From positions 1 to 47,847 of the IMG/VR virus record IMGVR_UViG_3300043596_000006: a stretch of DNA of 47,847 nt; one strand, given 5' to 3'. The notes under the pieces were generated by a model, which was not told the DNA's origin, searched no databases, and was given only the letters and a program-made list of their open reading frames with translations. Source of the DNA: a virus (lineage: Duplodnaviria; Caudoviricetes). Made by a program: the position numbers and the translations under genes. Below are positions 27,357-36,401 of the stretch, piece by piece (position 1 is the stretch's first letter; every line of letters starts with the position of its first letter).

Positions 27357-28274
27357 ATGAAAATCAAGCTCGCAAAGATCAGCAACGCCATCACAAGTCG
27401 GGCCGGCACCAAGCTGCTGGCTATCCAGGGGAAGTCTCCCGCTATCCTGTTCGGCGCCGGCGTCCTCGGCGTAGTCACCGCGACCGTCATGGCGTGCCGT
27501 GCCACTTTGCGGCTGGATGACGTCCTGACTGAGCACCAGGAGGCCTTGACGAAGCTCAACTTCCTGGACGAGCACGTCGAGGAATACACTGAGGCCGACC
27601 ACTCTCGGAACAAGTTGCGCCTGCTCATCCGTACCTCTGGTCGTATCGGTAAGCTGTACCTTCCGGGAGTAGCGGTGGGTCTGGTGTCCATCTGTGCACT
27701 GACTGGTTCGCACCTGATCCTGAACCGTCGCAACGTGGGCCTGACGGCTGCGTACGCGGCTCTGGACAAGGGCTTCCGGGACTACCGAAGCCGGGTCGTC
27801 GACGAGTTCGGTCGGGACAAGGATGATGAGTACCGATACGGCTCCATCGAGCGTGAGATTGTCGAAGAGACGAATACTGGCCCGGTCGTGAAGACGGTCA
27901 AGTCGTTCGATCCGAATAAGCGTACGGGCTACGCCAAGATCTTCGACGAGAGCTGTGCTCCGTGGGAGCGGAACTCGGAGTCCAACCGGGTGTTCCTCCA
28001 GTGCCAGCAGAACTTCTTCAACCAGCGTCTGCATTCCCGCGGACACGTGTTCCTGAATGAGGTCTACCGGGCTCTCGGTATCCCGGAGACCAAGGCCGGG
28101 CAGACGGTTGGTTGGGCACTTGACCGGAACCACGATAACTACGTCTCGTTCGGAATCTTCGAGAACATCGATGACGAGCGGGTCCGAGCGTTCGTGAACG
28201 GCAATGAGCGTTCCGTCCTGCTCGACTTCAACGTGAACGGTCCGATCCTGAACGTCCTCAAAGAGGAGATCTGA
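27357..28274 (+). CDS. Hypothetical protein (paralog family A)
   Basis: SPAILFGAGVLGVV, AAYAALDKGF..YR.RV, GHVFLNEVY..LG...VGW. Confidence 0.85.
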   Translation: MKIKLAKISNAITSRAGTKLLAIQGKSPAILFGAGVLGVVTATVMACRATLRLDDVLTEHQEALTKLNFLDEHVEEYTEADHSRNKLRLLIRTSGRIGKLYLPGVAVGLVSICALTGSHLILNRRNVGLTAAYAALDKGFRDYRSRVVDEFGRDKDDEYRYGSIEREIVEETNTGPVVKTVKSFDPNKRTGYAKIFDESCAPWERNSESNRVFLQCQQNFFNQRLHSRGHVFLNEVYRALGIPETKAGQTVGWALDRNHDNYVSFGIFENIDDERVRAFVNGNERSVLLDFNVNGPILNVLKEEI

Positions 28275-28275
28275 C

Positions 28276-29187
28276 ATGGACAAGCGAGTGGTCGCCATAA
28301 CCGCCAGTCTGGCTGCGGCTTCCGCGGCCGCTGGCGGAGTGGCAGGTTATTTCCTCGGTCTCAGCAAGGGTGTCTATAAGTTCCAGAAAGAGCTTACGGC
28401 GCAGTTGGCCGCGGCCGAGAAGGTTTTCATGATGAAGCATAAGGTTGGGATGTATCGCAGCCCCATCGACCTGGTCGAGAAGGTGGAGAACAACGTGCCG
28501 GTGGAGGGTCAGACTGAGGAGCAGATTGCCGCTCACGAGGCTGCGTATAACACGCGTAGTGCCGTCACCGACCAAGACCTTGGGAAAATCATCGAGAGCC
28601 TGCGCAAGCCTGAGGTAGGCGGTCGTCCGGGTAAGCCGATCATCGGTGGTCCCAATCAGGTCGAGTACAATGTCCCGGACAAGTCCAACGGCTCTCGTGT
28701 GATGCCGGAGGAGGAAGCTTCGCTTCTGGGCATGCGAGAAGAGCTCCAGGACGCCACTGACGACGTCAACCACAACCTCTTCGAGGAAGAGTCGGAGCAG
28801 CCGAACTACTCGGAGTACATCGAGGAGAACCCGCGGACCCGTGAGGCTCCGTACGTCATCACCACGACAGAGTTCTCCACGGGAGACGACAACATCGACG
28901 ACACATATTCCCTGGTGTGGTGGGACGAAGACGGTGTCGAGGGTATGGGTGTCCTCTCGGATATGAAGGACAACCCGATCGATGACATCGAGGCCACGGT
29001 CGGCTGGGACAACATGGAGAAGTTCGGGATGTGGTCTGGCAGCAAAAACGTCGTCTACATCCGCAATGAGCGTCTTCGCTGTGACTACGAGGTGGTCCGT
29101 CACCGGGGTAGCTACGCCGAGCATGTCGGTATCAAAGTGCAGTCGCAGCGGAAGCGCAAGTTGGCTCGTCGGGGCGCAGATGAGTGA
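28276..29187 (+). CDS. Hypothetical protein with N-terminal TM segment and acidic C-domain
   Basis: GAGGAG RBS; PYVIT..EF and VVYIRNERL..DYEV. Confidence 0.8.
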   Translation: MDKRVVAITASLAAASAAAGGVAGYFLGLSKGVYKFQKELTAQLAAAEKVFMMKHKVGMYRSPIDLVEKVENNVPVEGQTEEQIAAHEAAYNTRSAVTDQDLGKIIESLRKPEVGGRPGKPIIGGPNQVEYNVPDKSNGSRVMPEEEASLLGMREELQDATDDVNHNLFEEESEQPNYSEYIEENPRTREAPYVITTTEFSTGDDNIDDTYSLVWWDEDGVEGMGVLSDMKDNPIDDIEATVGWDNMEKFGMWSGSKNVVYIRNERLRCDYEVVRHRGSYAEHVGIKVQSQRKRKLARRGADE

Positions 29188-29711
29188 GTCCGCCGCTTGA
29201 TGAGTCATATTTCCAATGGCTCTACGGTCAAGTCGCCGATCCCGAAGAATCCAAGCCTTCCAGGACACACTGGGGGCTGCTGAAGCAGCTCTACACCAAG
29301 GAGTTCGCTTGGTTCGTCCCTAACGATGACAACCGAGCCGAGGATGGGAAGGCTCTTCGAGCGGAATTCATTGAGGAATCCGATATTCCCTATGTGGATG
29401 AATCATGGCTCACTCTCGGATGCTCGATGCTCGAACTTCTGATCGGATTGTCGCGGCGGCTCACCTTCCAAGCTGAGGGTGAGCCCCGCGACTGGTTCTG
29501 GCGACTAATCAAGAATGCTGGCCTGCATGTCCACAGCGATAGGCAAAAATTTCCGCGGGTGGACGTTGACCAGAAACTCGATGGGATAATCTGGAGGAAA
29601 TACGAGTATAACGGACATGGCGGACTGTTTCCGCTGAGTTACTCTTACGCTGACCAGACAGAAGTAGAACTCTGGTATCAACTGCAGGCATATTTGATCG
29701 AAAACTGTTGA
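29184..29711 (+). CDS. Hypothetical protein
   Basis: GTGA coupling; NDDNRAEDG..LR, CSMLELLIGLSRR, GGLFPL. Confidence 0.8.
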   Translation: MSPPLDESYFQWLYGQVADPEESKPSRTHWGLLKQLYTKEFAWFVPNDDNRAEDGKALRAEFIEESDIPYVDESWLTLGCSMLELLIGLSRRLTFQAEGEPRDWFWRLIKNAGLHVHSDRQKFPRVDVDQKLDGIIWRKYEYNGHGGLFPLSYSYADQTEVELWYQLQAYLIENC

Positions 29712-29726
29712 GCGGAGGGAGGTTAG

Positions 29727-32700
29727 ATGGATTTCTTTCATATAGGCACTCGTGATGCCAAGGGAGTCGTGGAGATATTTCCGGACTTCGTTGTCGGGCG
29801 TTCTAAGGATCTGATGGTTCAAGGTAAATCGTTCTATGCTATCTGGGACGAGAAGCAGAATCTGTGGTCTACGGACGAATACGATGTTCAACGTCTCGTT
29901 GACGAAGAACTGAGTGCCTACGCCGAGGGACAGAAACTCCTCGGTTTCGAACCTAAAGTGAAATACCTCCGCTCCTACGGTAATGGTGGATGGAAACAGT
30001 TTCGCAATTTCTTGACTAATGTCAGTGATAACAGTCATCAACTTGACGAGACACTGACTTTTGCCAATACAGAAACGAAGAAGTCCGATTACGTGTCTCG
30101 TAAGCTCCCATATTCCATTGAGAACAAGCCATGCCCGGCTTGGGACGAAGTAATTGGGACTTTGTATGACCCTGACGAGCGTACCAAGTTGGAATGGGCG
30201 ATCGGGGCAGTTATATCTGGGGACTCTAAGAAGATCCAGAAGTTCCTTGTCCTTTATGGTAGTGGTGGGACCGGCAAGGGAACTGCTCTAAGCGTAATCA
30301 AGAAGCTCTTCGAGGGTTACACGTCTACATTTGACGCGAAATCCTTGACCAGCAATGGCAGTAACTTCGCGATGGAGATATTCAAGAACCATCCGCTGGT
30401 GGCGATCCAGTTCGATGGGGACTTGTCGAAGATCGAGGACAACACCAAGCTTAACTCGATCGTGTCTCACGAGCCCATGACGATGAACGAGAAGTACAAG
30501 CCCACCTACACTTCTCATCTCAACGCATTCCTGTTCATGGGCACGAACAAGCCGGTCAGGATTACGGACGCCAAGTCGGGTCTTATTCGCCGATTGATCG
30601 ATGTCCATCCGTCAAAGCGTCTTATTCCGGCGAATCACTACAATACTCTAATGTCACAGATCGACTTTGAGCTAGGGGCAATCGCGAACCACTGCCTCGA
30701 AGTGTATCGTGACTTGGGTAAGAACTACTATAACAACTACAAGCCGCTTGAGATGCAACTGCAGACCGACGTGTTCTTCAACTTCATTGAGTCACATTTC
30801 GACATATTTAAGGAACAAGACGGCACGTCACTTAAGCAGGCTTACGCATTGTATAAGACCTACGTCCAAGAGAGTGGGCTTGAATTCTCTCTTGCGCAGC
30901 ATAAGTTCCGAGAAGAACTTCGTAATTACTTCGATACATTTGCGGATCGCACTGTGGTCGGGGGCGTTACGATGTTCAGTTATTATCAGGGTTTTAACGC
31001 GCAGGCGTTCAAAACCGTGGTAGGCAAGGATGTAACAGTCTTCTCCCTTGTTATGGACGAGACCATGTCCATATTCGATCTGGAAATGGCAGATCAACCA
31101 GCTCAGCTGGCCAAGGAAGACGGCACTCCGTCCGTGAGGTGGTCTCAGGTCAAGACTACGCTCGCGGTGGTCGATACCGCAGAAACGCACTACGTAATGG
31201 TTCCGCCAAACCATATTGTGATCGACTTCGATCTCAAGGACGATAATGGAAACAAATCTCTCGAACGAAATCTCGCAGCAGCTAGCGAGTGGCCTGCTAC
31301 GTATGGAGAACTCAGTCGAAGTGGAGCCGGGGTCCATCTGCATTACATCTACGACGGGCCTGTCGACCAACTCGCTTCGGTATACTCTGACGGGATTGAA
31401 GTCAAGGTATTTTCAGGGAATGCATCCCTGCGGAGGCGATTGTCCAAGTGCAATCACGTGCCGATTGCGACCCTGAGTACAGGCCTTCCCCTCAAGGAGA
31501 AGAAGATGCTCGATACCGAAACAATTAAGAGCGAGAAGGGTCTACGAGCCCTTGTCCTGAGGAACTTGCGTAAGGAGATTCATCCTGGAACCAAGCCTTC
31601 GCTCGACTTCATCAACCATATCCTGAACGAAGCGTTCGAATCCGGTATGGATTACGATCTCACTGACATGCGGTCAGCGATCGTGTCTTTTGCCAACAAC
31701 AGCACCAATCAGTTCATGGAGTGTCTCAAGACGGTTCAGAACATGAAGTTCAAGTCCGAAGGAGAGACGGCCCCTCAGGTCGTCAAGCTTAAGGACGATC
31801 GTCTGGTCTTCTTCGACATCGAGGTATTCCCAAACCTGTTCGTCATCTGTTGGAAATACCGAGGTACCGATCGGGACACCATCGTTCGTATGGTAAATCC
31901 CACGGCCTCGGAGGTCGAAGCACTTCTCGGTCTGAAACTGGTCGGGTTCAACAATCGTCGGTACGACAACCACATGATCTGGGCCCGACTCATGGGCTAC
32001 ACCAACGAGCAGTGCTACAAACTCTCGCTGAAGATCATCGAGGGCACTCAGACAGCACTGTTCGGCGAGGCGTACAACTTGTCCTGGGCCGATGTCTACG
32101 ACTTCAGTTCGGTCAAGCAGGGTCTCAAGCCGTTCCAGATCGACCTGGGCATATTCCACATGGAGCTGGATCTCCCTTGGGATGAGCCGGTTCCGGACGA
32201 TCGGGTTGAGGACGTTCTCGACTACTGCTGCAACGACGTCGAGAGTCTGGAGAAGGTCTTCGAGTCGCGTATCGGCGATTACAAAGCCCGTCAGATTCTG
32301 GCCGAACTGAGTGGTCTCACGATCAACGATACGACACAGCGTCACACCGCCAAGATTGTCTTCGGAGACGATCGCAATCCACAGCGGGAGTTCGTCTACA
32401 CGAAGCTCGACACCATATTCCCGGGGTACACATACGACCGCGGGAAGAGCACCTACAAGGGAGAAATCGTAGGGGAGGGAGGATACGTATATGCGGAACC
32501 TGGTATGTACGAGAACGTTGCTCTACTTGACGTGGCTTCGATGCACCCACAAAGTATCATCGAGCTCAATTGTTTTGGTGACTACACCGGGCGCTTCAAA
32601 GAGCTTGTCGACGCACGGTTGGCAATTAAGGCTAAAGACTACGAAAGGGCAAGTACTCTACTCGGAGGGAAGCTCGCCCCATATCTTGGGAGTCCTGATG

Positions 32701-33560
32701 ATTCAGATGCTCTCTCGTATGCCCTCAAGATCGTCATCAACATCGTCTACGGTCTGACGTCAGCCAAGTTCGACAATGCCTTCCGTGACCCGCGCAATCA
32801 CGACAATATCGTGGCCAAGCGTGGAGCTCTGTTCATGATCGACCTCAAGGAGTATGTCCAGAGTCTAGGGTTCACCGTCGCGCACATCAAGACGGACTCG
32901 ATCAAGATCCCGGACGCCACGCCCGAGGTCATCGAGCAGGTTACTCTGTTCGGGGAGAAGTACGGGTACAAGTTCGAGCACGAGGCTACCTACCAAGCGC
33001 TCTGTCTCGTGAACGACGCCGTATATATCGCCAGGCAGGACAAGATTGTCCCCATCGAAGGGACAAATCAGACAACCTGCGTCACCAAGTGGAAGGCTGT
33101 TGGAGCGCAGTTCCAGCACCCGTATGTCTTCAAGACTCTCTTCTCGGGAGAGCCCATCACGTTCGCGGACTACTGCGAGGCCAAGTCGGTAAAGCAGGGG
33201 TCAATGTATCTGGACTTCGACGGCATTCCTCAGCCGATGTTCGGCAAGGAAGGCATGCAGTTCGTCGGTCGAACAGGTCTATTCGTCCCAGTGACTGCGG
33301 AAGTCGGCGGGGCGATCTTGTGGAGGATCAAGGACGACAAGCAGTACGCGGTGTCCGGTACCAAGGGACATCGGTGGATGGAAGCCGAGATGGCGAAGAC
33401 CCTCACTGAGGATCAGATCGACATCGAGTACTTCTACAAGCTCGTCGACAAGGCCCGTGAGGACATCGAGTACTACGGCGAATGGGGTCGCTTCCTGGGA
33501 GAGGAGACTCACTACGGGGAGCACAAGTTCGAAGATCAACCACCTTGGGAGGATAAGTGA
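29727..33560 (+). CDS. Fused SF3 helicase - AEP primase - 3'-5' exonuclease - family B DNA polymerase
   Basis: Walker A YGSGGTGKGT and FMGTN; AEP VIDFD, SRSGAGVHLHY; exonuclease FFDIEV, GFNNRRYD, YCCND; PolB GGYV, DVASMHP, KIVINIVYG, KTDS. Confidence 0.9.
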   Translation: MDFFHIGTRDAKGVVEIFPDFVVGRSKDLMVQGKSFYAIWDEKQNLWSTDEYDVQRLVDEELSAYAEGQKLLGFEPKVKYLRSYGNGGWKQFRNFLTNVSDNSHQLDETLTFANTETKKSDYVSRKLPYSIENKPCPAWDEVIGTLYDPDERTKLEWAIGAVISGDSKKIQKFLVLYGSGGTGKGTALSVIKKLFEGYTSTFDAKSLTSNGSNFAMEIFKNHPLVAIQFDGDLSKIEDNTKLNSIVSHEPMTMNEKYKPTYTSHLNAFLFMGTNKPVRITDAKSGLIRRLIDVHPSKRLIPANHYNTLMSQIDFELGAIANHCLEVYRDLGKNYYNNYKPLEMQLQTDVFFNFIESHFDIFKEQDGTSLKQAYALYKTYVQESGLEFSLAQHKFREELRNYFDTFADRTVVGGVTMFSYYQGFNAQAFKTVVGKDVTVFSLVMDETMSIFDLEMADQPAQLAKEDGTPSVRWSQVKTTLAVVDTAETHYVMVPPNHIVIDFDLKDDNGNKSLERNLAAASEWPATYGELSRSGAGVHLHYIYDGPVDQLASVYSDGIEVKVFSGNASLRRRLSKCNHVPIATLSTGLPLKEKKMLDTETIKSEKGLRALVLRNLRKEIHPGTKPSLDFINHILNEAFESGMDYDLTDMRSAIVSFANNSTNQFMECLKTVQNMKFKSEGETAPQVVKLKDDRLVFFDIEVFPNLFVICWKYRGTDRDTIVRMVNPTASEVEALLGLKLVGFNNRRYDNHMIWARLMGYTNEQCYKLSLKIIEGTQTALFGEAYNLSWADVYDFSSVKQGLKPFQIDLGIFHMELDLPWDEPVPDDRVEDVLDYCCNDVESLEKVFESRIGDYKARQILAELSGLTINDTTQRHTAKIVFGDDRNPQREFVYTKLDTIFPGYTYDRGKSTYKGEIVGEGGYVYAEPGMYENVALLDVASMHPQSIIELNCFGDYTGRFKELVDARLAIKAKDYERASTLLGGKLAPYLGSPDDSDALSYALKIVINIVYGLTSAKFDNAFRDPRNHDNIVAKRGALFMIDLKEYVQSLGFTVAHIKTDSIKIPDATPEVIEQVTLFGEKYGYKFEHEATYQALCLVNDAVYIARQDKIVPIEGTNQTTCVTKWKAVGAQFQHPYVFKTLFSGEPITFADYCEAKSVKQGSMYLDFDGIPQPMFGKEGMQFVGRTGLFVPVTAEVGGAILWRIKDDKQYAVSGTKGHRWMEAEMAKTLTEDQIDIEYFYKLVDKAREDIEYYGEWGRFLGEETHYGEHKFEDQPPWEDK

Positions 33561-34027
33561 TGGCAATCGAAAGTATCCCTCTGTATCCGAAGATCGCAGG
33601 AGTTCCTATCCGTAAGGATGGACAGAAGATCGGAGAGGCTAGGATCGAAGCAAACGGGGAGATGATCATAAGCTTCCCTGATTCGATTCTGAGAGACATC
33701 GTGACGATGATCCGAGAGGGTTTCGTTGATGGGTTCTCCTTGTCTCCGAACGTAATTCCTGCAGAGCCGAGTAGTGTAAGAGAACGACCAACCATCCCTG
33801 TTCCTCCTCCTGGAGCATTTCTTGGTGGTGTAACGCATTTTTCTGTTACCGAAGAAGCTGTATTCGGAGACAACAACACGATCATCATGTCTGGGGCCTT
33901 CAAGGACCAGTCTGACGTACCTGTTTTTTGGGGTGACGGTGGGCAGGTCATCGGAAAGGCCCAAATTAAGGCTGACGGCACGGCCATATTCGACTTCTCT
34001 TCACACCCTGATGCGGAAGACGAATAG
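33557..34027 (+). CDS. Hypothetical protein with internal duplication
   Basis: GTGA coupling; two copies of VP...DG..IG.A.I..(N/D)G. Confidence 0.7.
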   Translation: MMAIESIPLYPKIAGVPIRKDGQKIGEARIEANGEMIISFPDSILRDIVTMIREGFVDGFSLSPNVIPAEPSSVRERPTIPVPPPGAFLGGVTHFSVTEEAVFGDNNTIIMSGAFKDQSDVPVFWGDGGQVIGKAQIKADGTAIFDFSSHPDAEDE

Positions 34028-34299
34028 TGGAGGAGAACCAACAACCGACGTATCTCGTGTTGGACGACGGTATGTCCTTCACGGAGCTGCCCATTCATCC
34101 AGAGTCGATCCCGATCATGAACGACGGATTCCTCGTTGGGACCGGTATTATTGGTAAGAATGGGCAGCTCACGATACACCTATTCGGACCCCAGGGCAGA
34201 GAGCTTGAGAGACTCTATGTCCTGGGTAAGTTCGACACCTTTTATTTCGCACCCAATCTCAAGGAGAGCACGGATGGACCTGCAGAAGCGGGCTCGTGA
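34027..34299 (+). CDS. Hypothetical protein
   Basis: TAGTG coupling; related IPIMNDGFLVGTGIIGKNG motif. Confidence 0.65.
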   Translation: MEENQQPTYLVLDDGMSFTELPIHPESIPIMNDGFLVGTGIIGKNGQLTIHLFGPQGRELERLYVLGKFDTFYFAPNLKESTDGPAEAGS

Positions 34300-34738
34300 T
34301 GCGGTCAAAGCCTATATCCTGCCCCATCTCGAAGTTACGGATGACATTCCGGAGTTCGAGACTTACATCGTCTGGTTCACCAAGACGCTGCAGAACTGGA
34401 AGGCACTGGTTAGCACTACGCTACCCGACCAGATGCACTACGAACTGACGTACAACGGGGATAAGGACGAGCTCTACATCGATGCGTACAAGAAGTTCAA
34501 CAACTCCAGGATCGAGAAGTTCGAGGCGTCATATCTTCCGAGTCTGACAAGGGATTCGGACATCATCAAAACACATGCTCAGACCTGGTATGTGGACCAG
34601 TTGGGTAAGATCGATTCATCGCACATGATGCGGTGGATTGAGAACGAATCTGTTCTGATTTGTTCAGCATGTAATTTATGTTTGTGTCACGCAGACCTTG
34701 TCGACCTCACTAGTCCCTGTGCTCGAAAGGTGTCCTGA
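34274..34738 (+). CDS. Conserved phage protein (DUF6275-like)
   Basis: YIVWFTKTLQNWKALVSTT...YELTYNGDKDELYIDAYKK; AAGGAG RBS. Confidence 0.8.
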   Translation: MDLQKRARDAVKAYILPHLEVTDDIPEFETYIVWFTKTLQNWKALVSTTLPDQMHYELTYNGDKDELYIDAYKKFNNSRIEKFEASYLPSLTRDSDIIKTHAQTWYVDQLGKIDSSHMMRWIENESVLICSACNLCLCHADLVDLTSPCARKVS

Positions 34739-34739
34739 C

Positions 34740-35312
34740 ATGGCTCTGCCTGATTCCCTGAAATTCGAAGGCCGCGATCTCCTGTTCCGTAACTTCGCCG
34801 GCAAGGAGGGTCAGTACAACAGCGAAGGCGATCGTAACTTCTGCCTCAAGCTGACCGAGCAGGAAGCCCTCCTCATGATCGAGGACGGTTGGAACGTCAA
34901 GTACCGGAAGCAGCAGGATCCGGACGACGAGCCACAGCCCTACCTGCCCATTACAGTCTCCACCAAGTTCAAGCCGTCTCGGATCGTCCTGATCACCGCG
35001 CGACGCGACGGAAGCCTTGGTCGAACGACCCTCACCGAAGACATGTTCATGTTCGTGGACTGGGTGGACGTTGCCTGGGCTGACCTGATCATTCGACCTT
35101 TCGCTTGGTCAATGCGGGGTAATAGCGGTGTCAAGGCCTACCTGCAGACCATCTACGTCCGAGTCAAGGACGACGAACTCGACATGAAGTACGCTGACGT
35201 GCCCGAGGTGGACATGGGTGGCCAGCAGCTGGAGCTGGAAGCCGCGGACCCGACCGTGATCGAGTACGACGGTCCGGTCGATGAGCGTGATGTTATGGAG
35301 CTGGAGCGATGA
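34740..35312 (+). CDS. ssb: Single-stranded DNA-binding protein
   Basis: LLFRNFAG...YNSEGDRNFC, GWNVK, GVKAYL; acidic C-terminal tail. Confidence 0.75.
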   Translation: MALPDSLKFEGRDLLFRNFAGKEGQYNSEGDRNFCLKLTEQEALLMIEDGWNVKYRKQQDPDDEPQPYLPITVSTKFKPSRIVLITARRDGSLGRTTLTEDMFMFVDWVDVAWADLIIRPFAWSMRGNSGVKAYLQTIYVRVKDDELDMKYADVPEVDMGGQQLELEAADPTVIEYDGPVDERDVMELER

Positions 35313-35557
35313 TGGGGATGTTCATTACCGCTCTGTCCTTCGAGGCGCTGCTCATTTTCCTGGCCATGATCATTGGCTATGTGCTGGGGACACTCAAGGA
35401 GAAGAACGAAGAACCCGGTGTCACGCACACCGAGAACACCTTGTTCACGGTGTTCCACGAGCTCCGAGCGGCGGGTATGACCGACAACGAGGCTCAGGAC
35501 ACGATCATGCGGATGCAGAACGAGGGTATCCTATTTCGGGAGGTAGCGAAGTCGTGA
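35309..35557 (+). CDS. Small membrane protein
   Basis: ATGA coupling; N-terminal TM; GILFRE. Confidence 0.75.
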   Translation: MMGMFITALSFEALLIFLAMIIGYVLGTLKEKNEEPGVTHTENTLFTVFHELRAAGMTDNEAQDTIMRMQNEGILFREVAKS

Positions 35558-35679
35558 CACTCTTTGAGATGCTAATGAAGGGTTTCTACACGCTCACCAT
35601 ATTCCTGATCGGTGCGGCCCTCCAAGTGATCGCCGTCATGCGAGAACAAGGATTCGATTTCAGAGAGGCATCGAAGTGA
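35554..35679 (+). CDS. Small membrane protein, 41 aa
   Basis: GGAGGT RBS; GTGA coupling at both ends; FYTLTIFLIGAALQVIAV. Confidence 0.65.
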   Translation: MTLFEMLMKGFYTLTIFLIGAALQVIAVMREQGFDFREASK

Positions 35680-35798
35680 CTTTCGAAGAACGAATTGTCC
35701 TTATCTTCGGCGCCCTCGTCTGGTTCGCGGTTCTGACCGTCGTTTTCAAGATCTCGCACGACCTTATTTCAAGCTGGTGGAAAGGTAGGAACAAGTGA
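35676..35798 (+). CDS. Small membrane protein, 40 aa (absent from the ORF track)
   Basis: GTGA coupling at both ends; MTFEERIVLIFGALVWFAVLTVVFKISHDLISSWWKGRNK. Confidence 0.7.
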   Translation: MTFEERIVLIFGALVWFAVLTVVFKISHDLISSWWKGRNK

Positions 35799-36286
35799 CA
35801 CCCTGGTTGTACGAACGCAAGGCTTTCCTCGTCCAGGCGGCTGCGGTCACTGCAGACAATATGCAGGATGTGGCCGAGTGGTGCGGAGGACAGGTTCTCG
35901 ACTGCCCTGACAAGTACCGACGCAACGGAAAGGATCGGTACGTCAAGGTCCCGATCAGTGTCCCTCCGACGATGGTGTTCAATGAGCGCCACGGGATGGC
36001 CATGATCGATGACTGGGTTGTCTTCGGCCAGTTCGGAGCTAGGGGTACGGAGGGCTGGAAGGTATATAAGCCGCGGGCCTTCGAGGCGGGCTTCTCGGCG
36101 GTGACTGGAACGAATCAGCCAAGTCCGGTCTCTCCAGAGATCAAAGCTCTCTTCGACGAGATCGAGCCACCTTGCGGTTTGATCGAACATACGCTCGACC
36201 ACGAGCCGTGTGTCCTTGGACAAGGGCACCTGGATGGCAAGCGCAAGGTCGGCTGTCGCAGCTTCTCGGATTACAAGTACGCCTAG
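35795..36286 (+). CDS. Hypothetical protein
   Basis: RK.F.V.A..VT..NM.DVAEWCGG and WKVY...AF; C-terminal Cys/His cluster. Confidence 0.8.
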   Translation: MTPWLYERKAFLVQAAAVTADNMQDVAEWCGGQVLDCPDKYRRNGKDRYVKVPISVPPTMVFNERHGMAMIDDWVVFGQFGARGTEGWKVYKPRAFEAGFSAVTGTNQPSPVSPEIKALFDEIEPPCGLIEHTLDHEPCVLGQGHLDGKRKVGCRSFSDYKYA

Positions 36287-36287
36287 G

Positions 36288-36316
36288 TCGCACGATTTAC
36301 ATGGGTTATAGTGAGA
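36288..36316 (+). promoter_or_regulatory. Promoter-like motif, copy 6
   Basis: TCGCACGATTTACATGGGTTATAGTGAGA. Confidence 0.8.
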
Positions 36317-36372
36317 GGAATGCTCTGTTACTATCCTGGATAGTTATATACAGAGCATTCCTTTCTCTTTTC
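36313..36372 (+). ncRNA. Candidate small hairpin RNA or attenuator directly after motif copy 6
   Basis: GGAATGCTCTGT/ACAGAGCATTCC 12-bp perfect stem with inner CTATCC/GGATAG, followed by a pyrimidine run. Confidence 0.5.
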
Positions 36373-36401
36373 CATTTTCCGTACTACCTAAGGAGACCCC
36401 T

